Shown one piece after another: positions 25,702 through 41,549 of a DNA stretch of 64,000 nt (its first letter is position 1; every line of letters starts with the position of its first letter). Location of the stretch: contig NC_043005.1 in NCBI RefSeq assembly GCF_006345805.1, positions 82,398,001 through 82,462,000 of the forward strand, read 5' to 3'. A program made the translations under genes and the position numbers. Source of the stretch: Octopus sinensis. Its lineage: Eukaryota. The notes beneath the pieces are model-generated. The model saw only the letters and a program-made list of their open reading frames with translations, did no database searches and was not told the DNA's origin.

Positions 25702-26017
25702 TATATATATATGTAAGGATTATCGTCACCTGAACGTGGGTGTTCTATAACAACAGACGACATTTTAAACACAAGAGGACGCCTACCCCTACCGGTTATT
25801 CTGTGCACTTCGCCCTCGATATATATTGCAAGCAGGGAGAGAACTCTCCACTACCCTAGCTAGGAAACCAACAGATCAGGTGATTTCGACCTCAATTTAG
25901 TCACCTTCAGTGATGGATACTCGTCTGCTAGGCAGAAGTTCACCTCAGCGTGCAATATATCAAAAATCAGTGGCACACAGCCACAGGCGTGGCAACTAAG
26001 AGATATTTTATATATAT

Positions 26018-26056
<39 letters not shown>

Positions 26057-26284
26057 TATATGTGTGTTTGAGTGTGTGTGTATAGATTACGCTCAGAGAC
26101 ATTTGCATATATTTCAAACACACGAACACGCACTCAGATTAATGCCTCGAACTATGAGTTAATTCGCTCCTGGGGTATCGTAAAAGAGGTCCTGGTAATA
26201 CATGGTATTACTGCGGATATGTATGTATATATATAGATGTATATATATATATATATGTATGTATTATATATATAACCACTAAAC

Positions 26285-26440
26285 ATTTTTCTATTGTCTC
26301 TCCCTGTTTATTTTTGTGTCCCTTTCTGTAGAAGAGCGTAGGCTCGTAACGTAACACACTTTCTCACTTCCCGACCGTAAAACTAATACATCTGTCTGTT
26401 GTTTACACATCCATCTTCGTCTTTTGTTTTTTGTAAATTC
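26285..26440 (+). mobile_element. Penelope-like 3'/pLTR fragment with a degenerate hammerhead-like motif
   Basis: CTGTAGA-A-GAGC-GTAG-GCTC-GTAAC-GT at 26326-26352; pyrimidine-rich context between microsatellites. Confidence 0.45.
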
Positions 26441-26929
26441 TCATTATATACATACATATATACATACAAACATACATACATACATACATATATATATAGC
26501 ATATATATGTACAGATGTTCAACATACATACTTGGCTAGTGCTCTTATGAAATACATCACGATATACCAAGAGATGTTTTCCCCCTTAATACTCGTAGTA
26601 TCTTAAAGAATGAATAAATCAGTATAGCCTTTATTAGAATAACGACTTCATTTCGAAAATTACAAGAGTTTTTGAAAAAGTTTTCGTGTATAAAATATGG
26701 TCCAAGCAACAGCTGAAGTTAACAAATTATGCGCACGGATTGCAACAGGCTGCCATACTTCAAATCTTTTCCCCAGACACTAGATTTCGTTTAGGATAGT
26801 TTTGAATGAATGCACAGTATGACGCAAGAAGAATTGGCTTTCAGAGATTACAATGAAAGAGTTGGGAAATGGAGATAATCACACGTTGGTCTTTGATCAT
26901 AGTCTGCAGAATAATATAATCGCGGTATG

Positions 26930-27011
<82 letters not shown>

Positions 27012-27451
27012 ATGTATGTGTGGTGTGTGTGTGTGTGTTGTGTGTGTGTGTGTTTGTGTGTGTGTGTTGTCTGTGTGTATATGTGTGTTCGTGCGTGTGT
27101 GTATGTAGGTATGTACATATGCTCGTATACTAATATGCTTACAGTCATCAGTGTGTGCATATATATTTATGAGTGTGTGTGTGTTTGTGTGTGTGTGTGT
27201 GTCTGTGTGTATATGTGTGTTCGTGCGTGTGTGTATGTAGGTATGTACATATGCTCGTATACTAATATGCTTACAGTCATCAGTGTGTGCATATATATTT
27301 ATGAGTGTGTGTGTGTTTATAAGCATGTATATATGTATGTACGTATTAACGTTTGTTTTGAAGTTCTTATGCATCGCACTCCAACGATGGCTCAGCTGCC
27401 CGAAAGCCGACTCACTGTGAAAAACATTCTTGTATAGGAATAATATATATA

Positions 27452-28204
<753 letters not shown>

Positions 28205-29206
28205 AATATATATATTTACATAAAGTATTCAGATTATATAGATGATCATATGTATAATTTCATATGTCTACAGAAACACATATACACTCACGCATACACT
28301 CACATACACATACGCACAGCCTATATGCATACATGTATTTATCGTGAAACATAAAGACAGAATATGAAAGAAAGCTAAGCCCTATGTGTCACGGAGGAAA
28401 TGCACTTCAGATTTTCTTCGATGTTTATTATAGCTCATATGTCACTTTCAGTTATTAACAAGGATGCTGAAAATGGCAATCATATTGACTTTGATTGCAT
28501 ACATAGTTACGACGTCTGATTTAGGAGTAGAAATTAAACGTCAATAAAACGAGATGAGATAGGTTTTGTCAATAATATATTGCAGCATGCTCTTATCTGT
28601 CAAAAGCTGAGGCAAATTATATCAAAGATATAATTGAATGGTTATGTAGATTTCGTACGATTTATATTCTGTATGAATGGAAAAAAAGACTATGAAACTG
28701 TTATGGCATATTGAATAATTTTCTCTTCTGCTTTTCTTTCTGTAAAAACAAGAAAAAACTCTAGTAAATATTTGCTATATACTTCCTGATTATTATTTTT
28801 TCATAGAGGAATTAACATGCGTGTATGCATGTAGATATATATGGTGATTTACATGCGACACATATACATGTGCGTGGCTGTACCTGTCAACGTGGCTGTA
28901 CCTGCATCACAATATCGATATAGAGTCCTGTAAGATTTTTTTTTGCATTTTCCATAATAATCAACATACAGAAAAGAAAATAATTGAGTGTAGAAAACAA
29001 CAAAATTAATACCCGTTAATGCACATGGAACACAAACACACAAATACATGCATACATATATACACACATGCAGGAATATATACATATGCATACATAGATG
29101 GCTACACACATGCATACATATATATGTACTCATATGTGTATGTGCGCGCGCGTGGTATGCATTCGTGTGGTGTGTACTTTTGTGTTATATATGTATATGT
29201 AGGTAC

Positions 29207-29251
<45 letters not shown>

Positions 29252-29355
29252 TACGGTAACTGTACACACACACACACATATATATATATATAGATAGGTA
29301 TATTTATATATAATATATATATATATATATATGTTCATTTGTATATATATATGTG

Positions 29356-29441
<86 letters not shown>

Positions 29442-29560
29442 GTCAAGGGTTGAACAAGGAGAAAGAGTTAAACGAAAGCAGACCAAATGGGAAAGTAGGC
29501 GAAATCTGAACAGACGGGAACTTACAATGACACGATACACGGAACATTCGCAGCTGAGTG

Positions 29561-29622
<62 letters not shown>

Positions 29623-29929
29623 GTGCATATATATATGTATATAAGAACAAACGCACACACATATTTTCAGTTGCGTACTCTGTATTCTGCAGACATTTCA
29701 CAAACAAATGAAAAACAGGATAAGAGATATGTAAGATTAGCTGAATATAGATTCTTTCTTATATGAGATCATCATATTTGTTTTTCTATCTTGTATCTAT
29801 CGAAATTATTCCTCTACAAGTTTTTCTTTACGCTGAAATAGACAGAACAGTTTGTATTCTTGATTGGATTATAACTTAGGATTACCATTTCCAATTACAT
29901 GATCTATTTCTTGTTATGCAGATTTGTAT

Positions 29930-30337
29930 ATACCTACATATATATATATATACATATTCAAATATATATGTATATATGAATATATATACATATATATATA
30001 CATATACAAATATATATGTATATATATATATATACATATACAAATGTATATGTATGTATATATATATATATACATATACAAATGTATATGTATGTATATA
30101 TATATATATATATATATACATATACAAATGTATATATATAATATATTATAATATATATATATAATACATATACACATATATATATGTATATGATATATAT
30201 ATATATACATATACAAATATATATGTGCATATATATATATATATATACATACAAATATATATGTGCATATATATATATATATATATACATATACAAATAT
30301 ATATGAATATATATATATATATATATATACACGTACA

Positions 30338-30372
<35 letters not shown>

Positions 30373-30373
30373 T

Positions 30374-30425
<52 letters not shown>

Positions 30426-30432
30426 TGCAAGA

Positions 30433-30472
<40 letters not shown>
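29930..30472. repeat. TA-rich microsatellite followed by about 140 bp of (ACGC)n
   Basis: Direct reading of the sequence. Confidence 0.95.
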
Positions 30473-33400
30473 CATATATATGTATATAGTGTTCTCTGTT
30501 GTTATCATTTCTCGTAATGAAATTAAATATCTTATATGGTAGTAGTGCTACAAAAGTGAAAATATTGAAATATAGATGTGCTATATATACAGCAGTGTAT
30601 CTGCAGGGAATCAGAATATAACGAAGCGAATTAATGAGATCATTAGAATTTGGGATGTGATCTGGCTGAGATGTACGTCATATCATCTGGAATTGATGGA
30701 ACAGATTTCGTGTCTAAGGACATTTAAAGACATCTACTTAGTTAACTTGTGACATATAATAGAGAGATGCAGAGGAAATTGTGTTAAGCAGGGCGGAACG
30801 AAACGCCGTGTTATAGTTTTGCAGACATCACTACTAATGAGTATTTGATGATGAAGAACTTTTAAAATGAATATATAAATAGGATACAACGCAATGTAGG
30901 GCAAAGTGATTATAACAGTTATCTACTGTCCTTCAGAACACTTTATTTTTCTCAGATTATTTTTCTTAGTTTACGGTTTTTAAACAATTCTATGAACAAA
31001 TGTGATTTGTTATCAGAAAGACACGTTTTATATATCAAAAGTGAGTTGTATGATTTTTTTCCTTTATCCGGAGCTGACGAACTAACGTATCATTAAGGCT
31101 CTAATATGAAATTCGGATTTTGATTTACGAATTTGTATCTTGTAGTTAATTCATATTCGGAAAGTCGATTTATATATTTAAGAATTCCACCTACATTTCA
31201 AATATATTTTTTTTAAATATCTTAATATTTAATGCACGGGGGACAAAATATCTAGCGGTATTTCGCCCATTTTTAAGTACTATGTACATGTCCACTTTCA
31301 TTTCCATGCTTTCGGGGTCGAGGAAAATTTTCTCCGGGTGTTCATGTAATCATCTATCCCTACCCACTCCAAAAATTTTAGATCATGTAGAAACACTATG
31401 AAAGGAGGGCGAATGGCCTAGTTTTTAGGGTGTTGCCGTCGTCACAAAAAATCGTAGTTTCGATCCCTGGACCGGGAAGTGCTCTGTGTTATTGAACAAA
31501 ACTCGTTTTTTGACGTTGCTTTAATCCATTCAACAGTAAATGACCTGAGGCGACGTTAAACCTGTCACGGAACAGCATGCCATTCATCTAGGAGAGTTAT
31601 AGCGTCAATCCTCTAAACAACACAGAAAACGAGTTAAGGTCCGATTTGATGACATTAAAAGCTAATACAAAGAGGAATTACCTGTAGGTAGGTAATTAAA
31701 ATATAATCAGCTAAATTGTTTATTTATCTTTCCGCAGTAGTGGTGAGAATATTTAATTATTTTTTGTATTAGGACTCCATCACTGATTTTATATCTTTTC
31801 TCTAAGACATACGTAATAGGTTTTTAGTCTGTAACTCCGTATTTATATTTATAAGTCTCTTCCACTAACAACGCATTATTTTCATATTTTATGAACATAC
31901 GGAAACAACATCCATATTGCAATTGGAATAAGAAAGGGATAATATTGAAGGGTTTTTAAATAGTTTATTTTTTACAGAGAATTTTTCCTGTTGCACATAA
32001 GGAATCTTAAAAGATTGTCCACTATATTCTTTAGTTTGATAATGACATTATTAGAACATTGTTATTGTAACTGAACTTATAAATCTAATAATATTTCTAA
32101 CAATATTCGAATAGATGCAGACACACTGACACAGCTGTTAACAGAATTTTAATTAGAAATTGCCTCCATGGGATTTGGAATAGGAACAACTACGCCAGTG
32201 GGATGTTTAGAAGGCATATTATGTTATTTGTATATGTGTGAATAAATGTGACATTTGCTGCAAGATATGCATACATTTCCTTGATCTAATATCTTAAAAA
32301 TAACAGCTATATTGCCTTCTATTCACATAATATTCCCTCCCTCCATGTATTCTTAATAGAATAAAGGAATGGAAATATGTGTCTCCTGAATTAGCAATTA
32401 GTAAGTGTTAAAACAAAGAAACAGCTAAAATCATTACAAATACTGCAGGACTTATGAATTACATGATTTTGTATTAGAATTTATTTTTCTGTTGTCTCCC
32501 AACACAGTGCTGTGTATGAGGACAATTATTAGGTTTCGATTGCTAAACACTTATGAGTACAATTCAGAACCATTTGCTGGGCACTGAATATGTCAAAGAA
32601 ATATTTATTGGATTTACCATTAAAATCGATCAGATACTCCGAGAAATAAAGGATGAACATACGGCTAAGTGTCAAGACACATAATATATACGATAATATA
32701 TATGACAAGTGATATCGATAATAATTCTTTAATGAATGAATTCGATAACCAAGTCACGAGGATCTAGAATGTGTAAACTGTTCAAAATTCTGACAGATGA
32801 AAGCAATATTTATCTCGATATCAATTAGCGTCATTTTAATGTAAATATCTCCAAAGTTCTCTCATACATAGCAAGAAGCCACTGTGTATTACAAATATCA
32901 TGACTTCCGACTATTAACGTCGTTGTTTTATTCTAAATGTAGTTTTCCATGTCTACAGTGAGTTGACGAACACGACCTAAAAACCTAGGAACATCTGAGA
33001 CTATATTCAAAGAAATTTCGTTTTCCTCTGCTTCATATAATTGCTTTATTTTTCATATTTCTGAAACCTGCATCTCGATAAGTTACATTTTATACAAAAT
33101 AGAATTTTAATGTGCATTTGTTTATTGAAACTGCATTGTTCTAAAATTATTGTAAATGCCATGACTGTATAGTTCACACTAGAGAGGAGTTACTGTCGTC
33201 TTAAAAAATGTTTTACAATGATAATTTACAACTATCAATATATCAGGAACATTTCCCTATACTTTGCCAGGATTGTCATTTTTATATACATAATATTGCA
33301 TTTTTTCTGTTGTGTCTTGGGAGAGTCATTTTCTTTTCTTGCCTTTGAAGATCAAAGTCAAATGAACCACACTTTTTACGGAATATATACTCAAAGATTC

Positions 33401-35999
33401 TGAGCTCGAAACTCGCCACGTCGACCTTTTCTTTCGTCTCCCTTTTATTAAGCCCAGAAATTGTTTACTATATACAATTGTTTACAATATCCAAACATAC
33501 GTTTGTAATTTTATCTTATTAGAGTTTAAAAAGAAAATAATTTCAGTGACGTATCAAGTCTGTGTTACTTCGATTCAGGCATTGTTTTAATGGAAAATAT
33601 CGAATCAAATTAGATCTAGAAAGCATGTGTAGATACGCTTTTAAATTGATGCGTGTCAAACGAGTAAATTTCCATTTATAAACAGTAGAATTTAACTTCG
33701 CAAATATTATGAAAAATATGAAAAAGTATGAAGTGATATTAAGACAAACGGAACTGATATTGTTTTGAATATAGACTCTTATGTTCATATAGTGCTTATA
33801 CTCCTTTGGGTTTTTAAACTTTTTTAAGACAATCTATATTTAGTATGAAGTAGCATTATCTGTAGCTTACTATAATATTTTAAATAATTTCCATCTTAAT
33901 AGGATTTGTTTACGTGTTGTGAAATCTCGTTAGGCTGTACTAGAAAGTGTCAGTTTAAAAATATACAATTTTAGACAACGTTCTATAAAAAACAGTAGAC
34001 TACCATATGTAGATTACATTGGAAGATTACATTAGCGATACTATGATTATCTGAGATTACATTTTAAGATGGCTCCTTTCCTTGTTCTTGACGAAAATGT
34101 TTAACTTAAGTCATATTTATGGATATTCTCCTTTAAGTATGCTCCAAGAATTAGCTGGTGCCATTAGTCATATATTAAAATCTAAGGTTATAATTATAGA
34201 CTCATACTCTCTCATTTGATGATAAAATAGTCTTACTTGTGTTATCCTGTTAGTGTTGTAGATGTTGCTAAAATATTTCCCTAGCATATATCTTAGGTCC
34301 AGACCACTTATTATGGTTAATATTCCTAAGTAAAACAAATTTATTTCACAATTACCACATTGATAGGTAAAGTTTTCATTTATTCTCACATAAAGGTATT
34401 GACCTGTTATTGACAAATAATACTTTTCGCGTCGATTCTCGGATATCCTTAATTCAATATTTGCAGATATGTAAACAATATCTTCGTCATATTACTATAT
34501 CAGAGACTACGTAAAATAAACAAAACATTTCTATAACCAAGTCGGAGATATCTGGCTAAATAGTAGGACGTGTGTTAGAGGATAACCCTTAGATTATTCA
34601 CACAAGGCCTGGTGGTATCTGCCCAGGAAATAAACGATATAACTACTTACACATGGCGAGTAAACAAGTCAAGTTATTTTAATCTTTAATAACAACATGA
34701 ACAATTCTCTCAAATTGACAACCAGATAGACACTACCCCATTACATACATATATACATAACATCTTTCAACTTAAAGTGGTTGTAATGATACAAAGGTGT
34801 GTAAATGGAAATACATTTACACATTTTATATTATAATATTAAAATATTATAAAGAATAAGACCGACTGTAAGATTTATTGCTACATAATATCTTCATGCT
34901 CAGAGGGTGAAAAGAATTGTCTATTTACGCAGGATTTCAGCGTAGAGTATTCAAGGTTAATGAACGCTGCAACACACTACTATCTGTCATTCAAAACATT
35001 TTTAAAGTAATGGAATAATATATAGAAAACAACAGCAGACACTGTAAATGATATACGAGAGAAATATATTAGTCATGCTGTACTGTCGTGGTTAATTTAA
35101 ATTACGTAGCATCTTATCAACATTTGTTTAATAAACGTTTTACAAATATATCTGGTTTGTGAATACACTTAATAGTTGCTTAGTATTTAGGAAATGATAT
35201 ATCCAATATTGGACGTGAAAATATTTCGCAAACATGGCCACTGTTAACTCGAGAGTCATATTAGTTACCAGTAAGTGATAATGGGTGTGGGGTGGGAACA
35301 GAGGAAGGAATGAAGAGAAAATAACATCTCTCATTAACATTTATAAATTGTATGTTTGTCATGAAAACTATTTTGTTTCTTTACAATTATGAACAAATTC
35401 TATCAATACACTCAGGTTCTGCTAAGCAACCTTTGTATGATATGTATTTGCATACTTTGACAATATTTACTCTGCGGGAAAAATAATAATAAAGCGAAAA
35501 GTGAGAAATAGAGAAATAAGATCGAGTAGTATTTGACAATATAGAGAAACATTTTGAGCTGCAAAAACGTTTACACGCAACGAATATCTCTTGTGAAATG
35601 GATGCATAATTATGAAATTCCTTGGTGAATACAAACAAGGAAATGCTATATTTAGAAGTGAAGTAATTGAAGACAGAGATAAAATGTTATGTTGTTTAAT
35701 TTTATATTTATATATTTTTTTTAAAAATCCATTCTGTCACAACATCAGTTAAAGATCATTGTAATGCCGGAAACTCTTATAATGAATGGATACATTTTGA
35801 AACCTAACAACGGTGATGAAGTGTAATTAGTAATATTCTGGAAAGTACTTTTGAGTATGCTCATCGTTCTGCTTTCACTATTTCTATCGTCGGTTGTAAT
35901 AAATATCCCTTTTAATAATATGTTAGGAAATTCAAATTTTTTCGTGTCTGGTTTCTTTTTTGTTTTTCTTGCGATTAACTAATGCGAAATAAAAATCAT

Positions 36000-36187
36000 C
36001 TTCATCACAATTACCATCACCACTACCACTATCATATTCACCATCATATGTTATTCTTCTCCTCCTCGTCATCATGATGATGATCATCGTCATCGTCATC
36101 ATCATCATCATCATCATCATTATCATTATTACTACACAACATATAATCAGCTTCAATACCATCATCAATATCGTCGTCGTTGATGCT

Positions 36188-36218
<31 letters not shown>

Positions 36219-36310
36219 CTACCATCAACATTTTCATCATCGTCGTTGTCAACAAAATAATAATAATAATAATAATATTCATAATAATAATAACAATCAT
36301 CATCATCAAG
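36000..36310. repeat. (ATC)n/(AAT)n trinucleotide compound repeat
   Basis: Direct reading; gives the poly-I/M/D ORFs in the track. Confidence 0.95.
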
Positions 36311-37030
36311 CCACGGTTTCCTCCTGCCTCTTGTAATAGTAGAGTGGGTTGAGTTTATTTGTGTGTGTGTGTGTGTGTGTGGATATATTTCAATATCTAA
36401 CTGAAGCAAGAAAGGTTTTCCATTCTTATGTGGTAAGTCTAGTTTGCTTTCAGGTGAACAAAACTAGAATTACCACCTTTCAAGCTAAAATACTGTCATA
36501 GGAGATAATAAGCCTCTTAAAAACAACCCTATTTGAGAAGGGGTAGGGTATATTTATAGTTATACAGGCTGCAAACTTCTTAAATTTTATGGTGTGAAGA
36601 ATTCTGGATATCTACAGTATCTTAGCATGGCTCTGTTTAGGGAAAATGTTGCTTTTACTTAGTTTTAATATTAAAAGTCTTCTTTTAGCTTACATCATAT
36701 TAGTGCTAATGGCCTGATGTAAGTAAAACATTTTAAATATCGTATTGGATCCTCTGTAAATCTATCCATGTTATAGACTATCACACTGGCAACGAACGGC
36801 TAGCTAGCAGAGAACATGTGATTGATGCTGATGCATCCTGCGTTTATTACGGTTTTCAGTTACTTTCCTTTCCCTTTCCACTTAAATAAAACCATTAAAA
36901 GGTCAGTTCCTGTGGTGATTCAGTGATGTTGGGTGCAGCAATTTCGAATGGCTTGTCACAAATACAGCCAATCTGAGTGTTGTTTTTCGCCGGTCTTCTT
37001 AATGGCAGAAATTATATATACGCTACTTAC

Positions 37031-37131
37031 TCATGGTCCTTGACCATAGCTTTTGACGGAGATACTCTTCGTCTTTCAAGTTAAACTCCGTCTGCTCACT
37101 GCTTGTTTCTAATGGTATAACTAAGTCCACA
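37031..37131 (-). CDS. Candidate exon (VDLVIPLETSSEQTEFNLKDEEYLRQKLWSRTM)
   Basis: GTAAGT donor; acceptor at 37132 or alternatively 37109; open frame with protein-like composition; no homologue recognised. Confidence 0.28.
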
Positions 37132-37968
37132 CTTTGAAATGGTTTGCAAATCATGAAAATATATAATTAGTGTTTATCGATAAACAGCTACTTCTATTTT
37201 TGTGTGCATACCATCTTTTAAATTACATCGTTGTTATTTGCAACTAAGTTTTAGAAAAAACAAAAAAAAAACAGATAAAATATTTATTGAATATTCGCCA
37301 AATAAATATACGCTTTACTGTGTTTCTCAAGGAACAGTAATTGTCTTTTTAAATGAACTAAGCCAGATCGTTCATATTATTTTTTAATGGTTTTGAGTAT
37401 CTTTTCCACAAAATGAAATTTCTTTGAATGTATGAATGACCATTTTAATTTTGGCTTTTGCAAATTCCCAAGTAATGCGCTCAGTTTGCAGCTACATAGG
37501 TTTTAAATTATACAATGAAAATGCCCTTGGACAAACTTGGAGCATTGATTACACGCTAATAATACTGTAAAAAGGCATGCTTCTGTATTCTGAAAAGAAG
37601 GAAAAAGATTTTTATTGATTGACATATATTCACAAATGCTATAAAACAAATGAGCGTATAAAATAGTACGATTTTTAAAAGAATAAGCTTAAAGCAATTA
37701 TTACTCTATCAAGGAGATGGAAGTTTCGCATAGAAGCTTTGTTTAAATGCCATTCAGATATCAGTTCATTTAAAAAAAAAGCTAAAAACAGAAAAAAAAA
37801 ACCAAAACGAAAATGTCTCTCAAATAAAGTTTTAGATGTTCAAAAGAATTTCTATATATGTCCCCATATGCAAAATTTCAAATCTTTCCGACTCCTCTAT
37901 GCACAGGAGGTTTCAATAAAGATTTCAAGTAAGAAAACATTCTATGTACGCATGTTCGTGTATATATA

Positions 37969-38014
<46 letters not shown>

Positions 38015-38329
38015 GTTTATTATTTCACTATTCCAATTGTTTAATTTCTGTGAGGTATGCTTAAGGGTTGAAATTACTAGACAATATTTTCTGTAATATC
38101 ATAATAATATCATTACTTGAGATTGGGAAATTTTTTAGAGACATTTATTCACCATTCCACAAGTTTGATTCGTTATTATTTCATTCATTTCCTGAAGAAT
38201 TCCAAATACGATATATCATGCATATCTTCTGGTATATGTGCAATACTGCAAAATATTAGCAGGTGTAACATGCGTAATAATTAATAAATAATATAAGTAT
38301 ATATATATATATATATAATATATATATAT

Positions 38330-38365
<36 letters not shown>

Positions 38366-39775
38366 CGTGTTAACCATCAATGAGGTGCACCACGATCGTT
38401 CAATATTTTAGGAATGACAGTTGAATTTCTCTTAAAACTCATCCTAATTTCTTCAGTAAGAATTATCTCATGCGACTATATAGAGTTAGATGCATTATTC
38501 TTGAGTTAACACCCTAGAGAAGTGACGCTCACAATAAAGTCTAACATTTGTGTGGACGAGTAAACAGCAATAATAAATTTATATAATGTGAAATAGTAAA
38601 TATTTTTCTCACAAACAAAAAATGCTGTAGTGAAAATATTTAAATGAGCACAGATGCTTTGCATATATTATACAATACTCTAAATGTTGGCTAATAAAAT
38701 TTTCGTAACATTTTCTTTTTCATCCGGCCATGTTTTTAGGTGTGCTAGAAGCGAAAAAAACGTGAGCTGTCATTTAATGTTATAACAAATGGTACAATTT
38801 ATTCATCGAAGCAACATCTATGCGTCGTAATATAGGATTTGAAAATAAATTTCCATAAGAATTCATTATTCATTTGAACAAGTGTTTAAGTGAAATATGT
38901 ATACGTGACCTGATATTTAATTTCAGTTTTACTCTATGCTAATGCAAAATCCATATTACTTTATCGATAGCAGAAACAATTGGAAAAATATTTGACGCTG
39001 AAAAATGATAATGGCAGCGCAAGTATATTTTTTAATATGTTTCGAAAACACCACTAACATTGAAGAAACATTGAATGCTGCCTCTGATCTTTACATAATA
39101 GATTGGAAATGATATGCACATTATCAAACAATTGGCTCCAAAATGAAAACTACGTACATGTTAATTCTGTAACTTGAGAATTGCCAAGTATATTAATATA
39201 TCACCATTGAATTGTACACAAAGATGAAGCATAGAAACTAATGATGGCGATAAAATTCTGTCATATAAATTTAAATGGGTAGCAGAAAGTGAAGTGTATG
39301 TTTTAAATGTAAAAAAAAAAAAAAAATTTAAATGCTTACAATTACTTCAGCAAACTAAAATATGCGGAAGTATACAAGCACACACACCTTCACACATATG
39401 AGTGTATTTACGGAGCCCGTTATGGAGAACATATGCAAATATATGGTTACTTTCCGTGAGTGCTATGAGCAAGTGGAACTTATTTTATAATACTTATAAA
39501 AATGAGGGAGGAGGCGAATAAAATGTATTGTATTAGGAGACAAATGACTTAAAACTACAAATATTTCGATAATTCCAGACATAGAAATAAGTAAAGTAGG
39601 ACACACAGACTCACAGACAATGCACAGGCATATATATCTTTGTGTCCTTGTATATTAGAAATGCGCTTATATATACATAATATATACACACTTATACATA
39701 TAGATATGTATGTAGATATATATATACGTGTGTGTGTGTGTGCGTGCATGTGTATATGTATATATATGTATGTAC

Positions 39776-39820
<45 letters not shown>

Positions 39821-40494
39821 GTGTCTGTGAGAGTGGGGATGTGTTAAAGGAATGCAAATAAAGGAGAAAGTAAGAAAAGAGTACAAGAGATGAGAACAGA
39901 GCAGTATTAAAAACTGACTTTCGGAGATAATATTGTGTGTTAGTGTAGTAGGCAGCCCGTTTGTTATCTACGACGTTAATGTGACAAGTTTAAAATGAAG
40001 CGAAGTAAACTCTTCGCAACATTCTGAAGCCCTAACTATGAAGCCAGTATAGATATGTTATATCAACACAGTGTACAAGTAACTTTGTGCTGTTAATTGG
40101 GAACAAGTAGAGATTAACATGTCTCCTATCAAAAAATCACTTACAATCGTAAAATATAGTAGACATCGTGCCACCGCTTGGAAAATCTTTCATCATTTAA
40201 CACAACCAGACATCGTATGAAATACCTCAACCTAAGCTACAAACAAGTGGAACATTAAAACGATTCTGGAACAAATAATACGAAATCAAAACAACTACAG
40301 CGCAAACACAGTCCTACCATTTTAAATAACATTTCGTGCTCATGGTCCAGGAAAATGATAAACGATTTTTTCGGGAGATGATGTTCATTCATCTCTGTTT
40401 GTTAAACTCTACTTCTCTCAGCAAAGTTTATAATGGTAAGGACATGCGAATTGGCACTTTTGGAATCGGAGCAACAATATGCGTATGTGAAGTG

Positions 40495-40680
40495 AGGTTG
40501 TGAGGGGCCACGATTTTTAACGGCATTTGTCCGTCTTTACGTTCTAAGTTCAAATTCTACTGAGATCATGTTTGCCCTTCACGCTTTCAGAGTTGATAAG
40601 ATGAGTGCAAATTGAAAACTTAGTCGATGTAATCGACCTATCTCCTTCCCTGCAATGTCTGGTTATTCGTCAACATTTGA
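40495..40680 (+). mobile_element. Degraded family-B SINE
   Basis: TTACGTTCTAAGTTCAAATTC...TTTGCCCTTCACGCTTTCAG...GTCGATGTAATCGAC. Confidence 0.7.
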
Positions 40681-41488
40681 AATGAATTAATGTAAGTGAA
40701 TTATTATTCGCTGAATAGTAGTGTAGGCAATATGCGCGCGCACACACACACACACACGCACATATTTTCTCTCGTTAATATTTATAAAGTAAATAAAATG
40801 GCTAAAATATAAGTCTTTTAAAATATTCTATGAAAAACTATTTCATCTAATCTAATATATTTGTCTTGCATTAAATCCTACGAATTTCTTACTATGTCGC
40901 TTGACCTCTTAGAAAAAGTAGACAAATTTACTCAAGAAACAATAACCTACAATTTCGGAAATGTACTTGACACAGTAGGGATTTGATCCGAGACCGCAGA
41001 TTGAATCGAAAGTAATAACAGCAAAATAGAGATACTTACCATACTGCAATTGCTTAGAGCTCACAGAAGTAAACTAGAGTTGTACGGTAAGGTCACAGCT
41101 ATGATTTGTGTTATCGTTAGTTTACACATTCGGCAGTTACAGAAGATTAAATTTCAACGGCATTATATTCCATTTGAAACAATACGTACGTTCGATAATA
41201 TGGAAGCGAAATGGAAAAGAATTTGAAAACTAGTTAAAAGAAAGCTACGAAGTACATAAAAGAACGGAACTTTACTCAACACACAACTTCAATTTTCTCT
41301 CTACAGATTTATTTATTGGATTTCAAGCATAAAGTTAATCAATCACATTGGTTTTAAATACGTTCAAAGTTAGCTATAGAATTAAAACCACATTGATTTT
41401 AAATATAAGAATTAATCAATCACATTTATGTCACTTAGACATGGCACAGGATTTATATTTGCACTGTACGATAAAATGGCTTATGTTA

Positions 41489-41549
<61 letters not shown>

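Noticed and set aside
35390-35478. Strong minus-strand acceptor followed by VNIVKVCKYISYKGCLAEPECIDRICS*
   Set aside because: Frame and donor are ambiguous and there is no homology; it cannot be told apart from noise.
35932-36409. Poly-Met/Ile/Asp/His ORFs, also at 46438-46786
   Set aside because: Trinucleotide repeat tracts with no flanking coding signal.
40130-40330. Possible Penelope GIY-YIG remnant (RLENLSSFNTTRHR)
   Set aside because: Too degenerate to support without an alignment.
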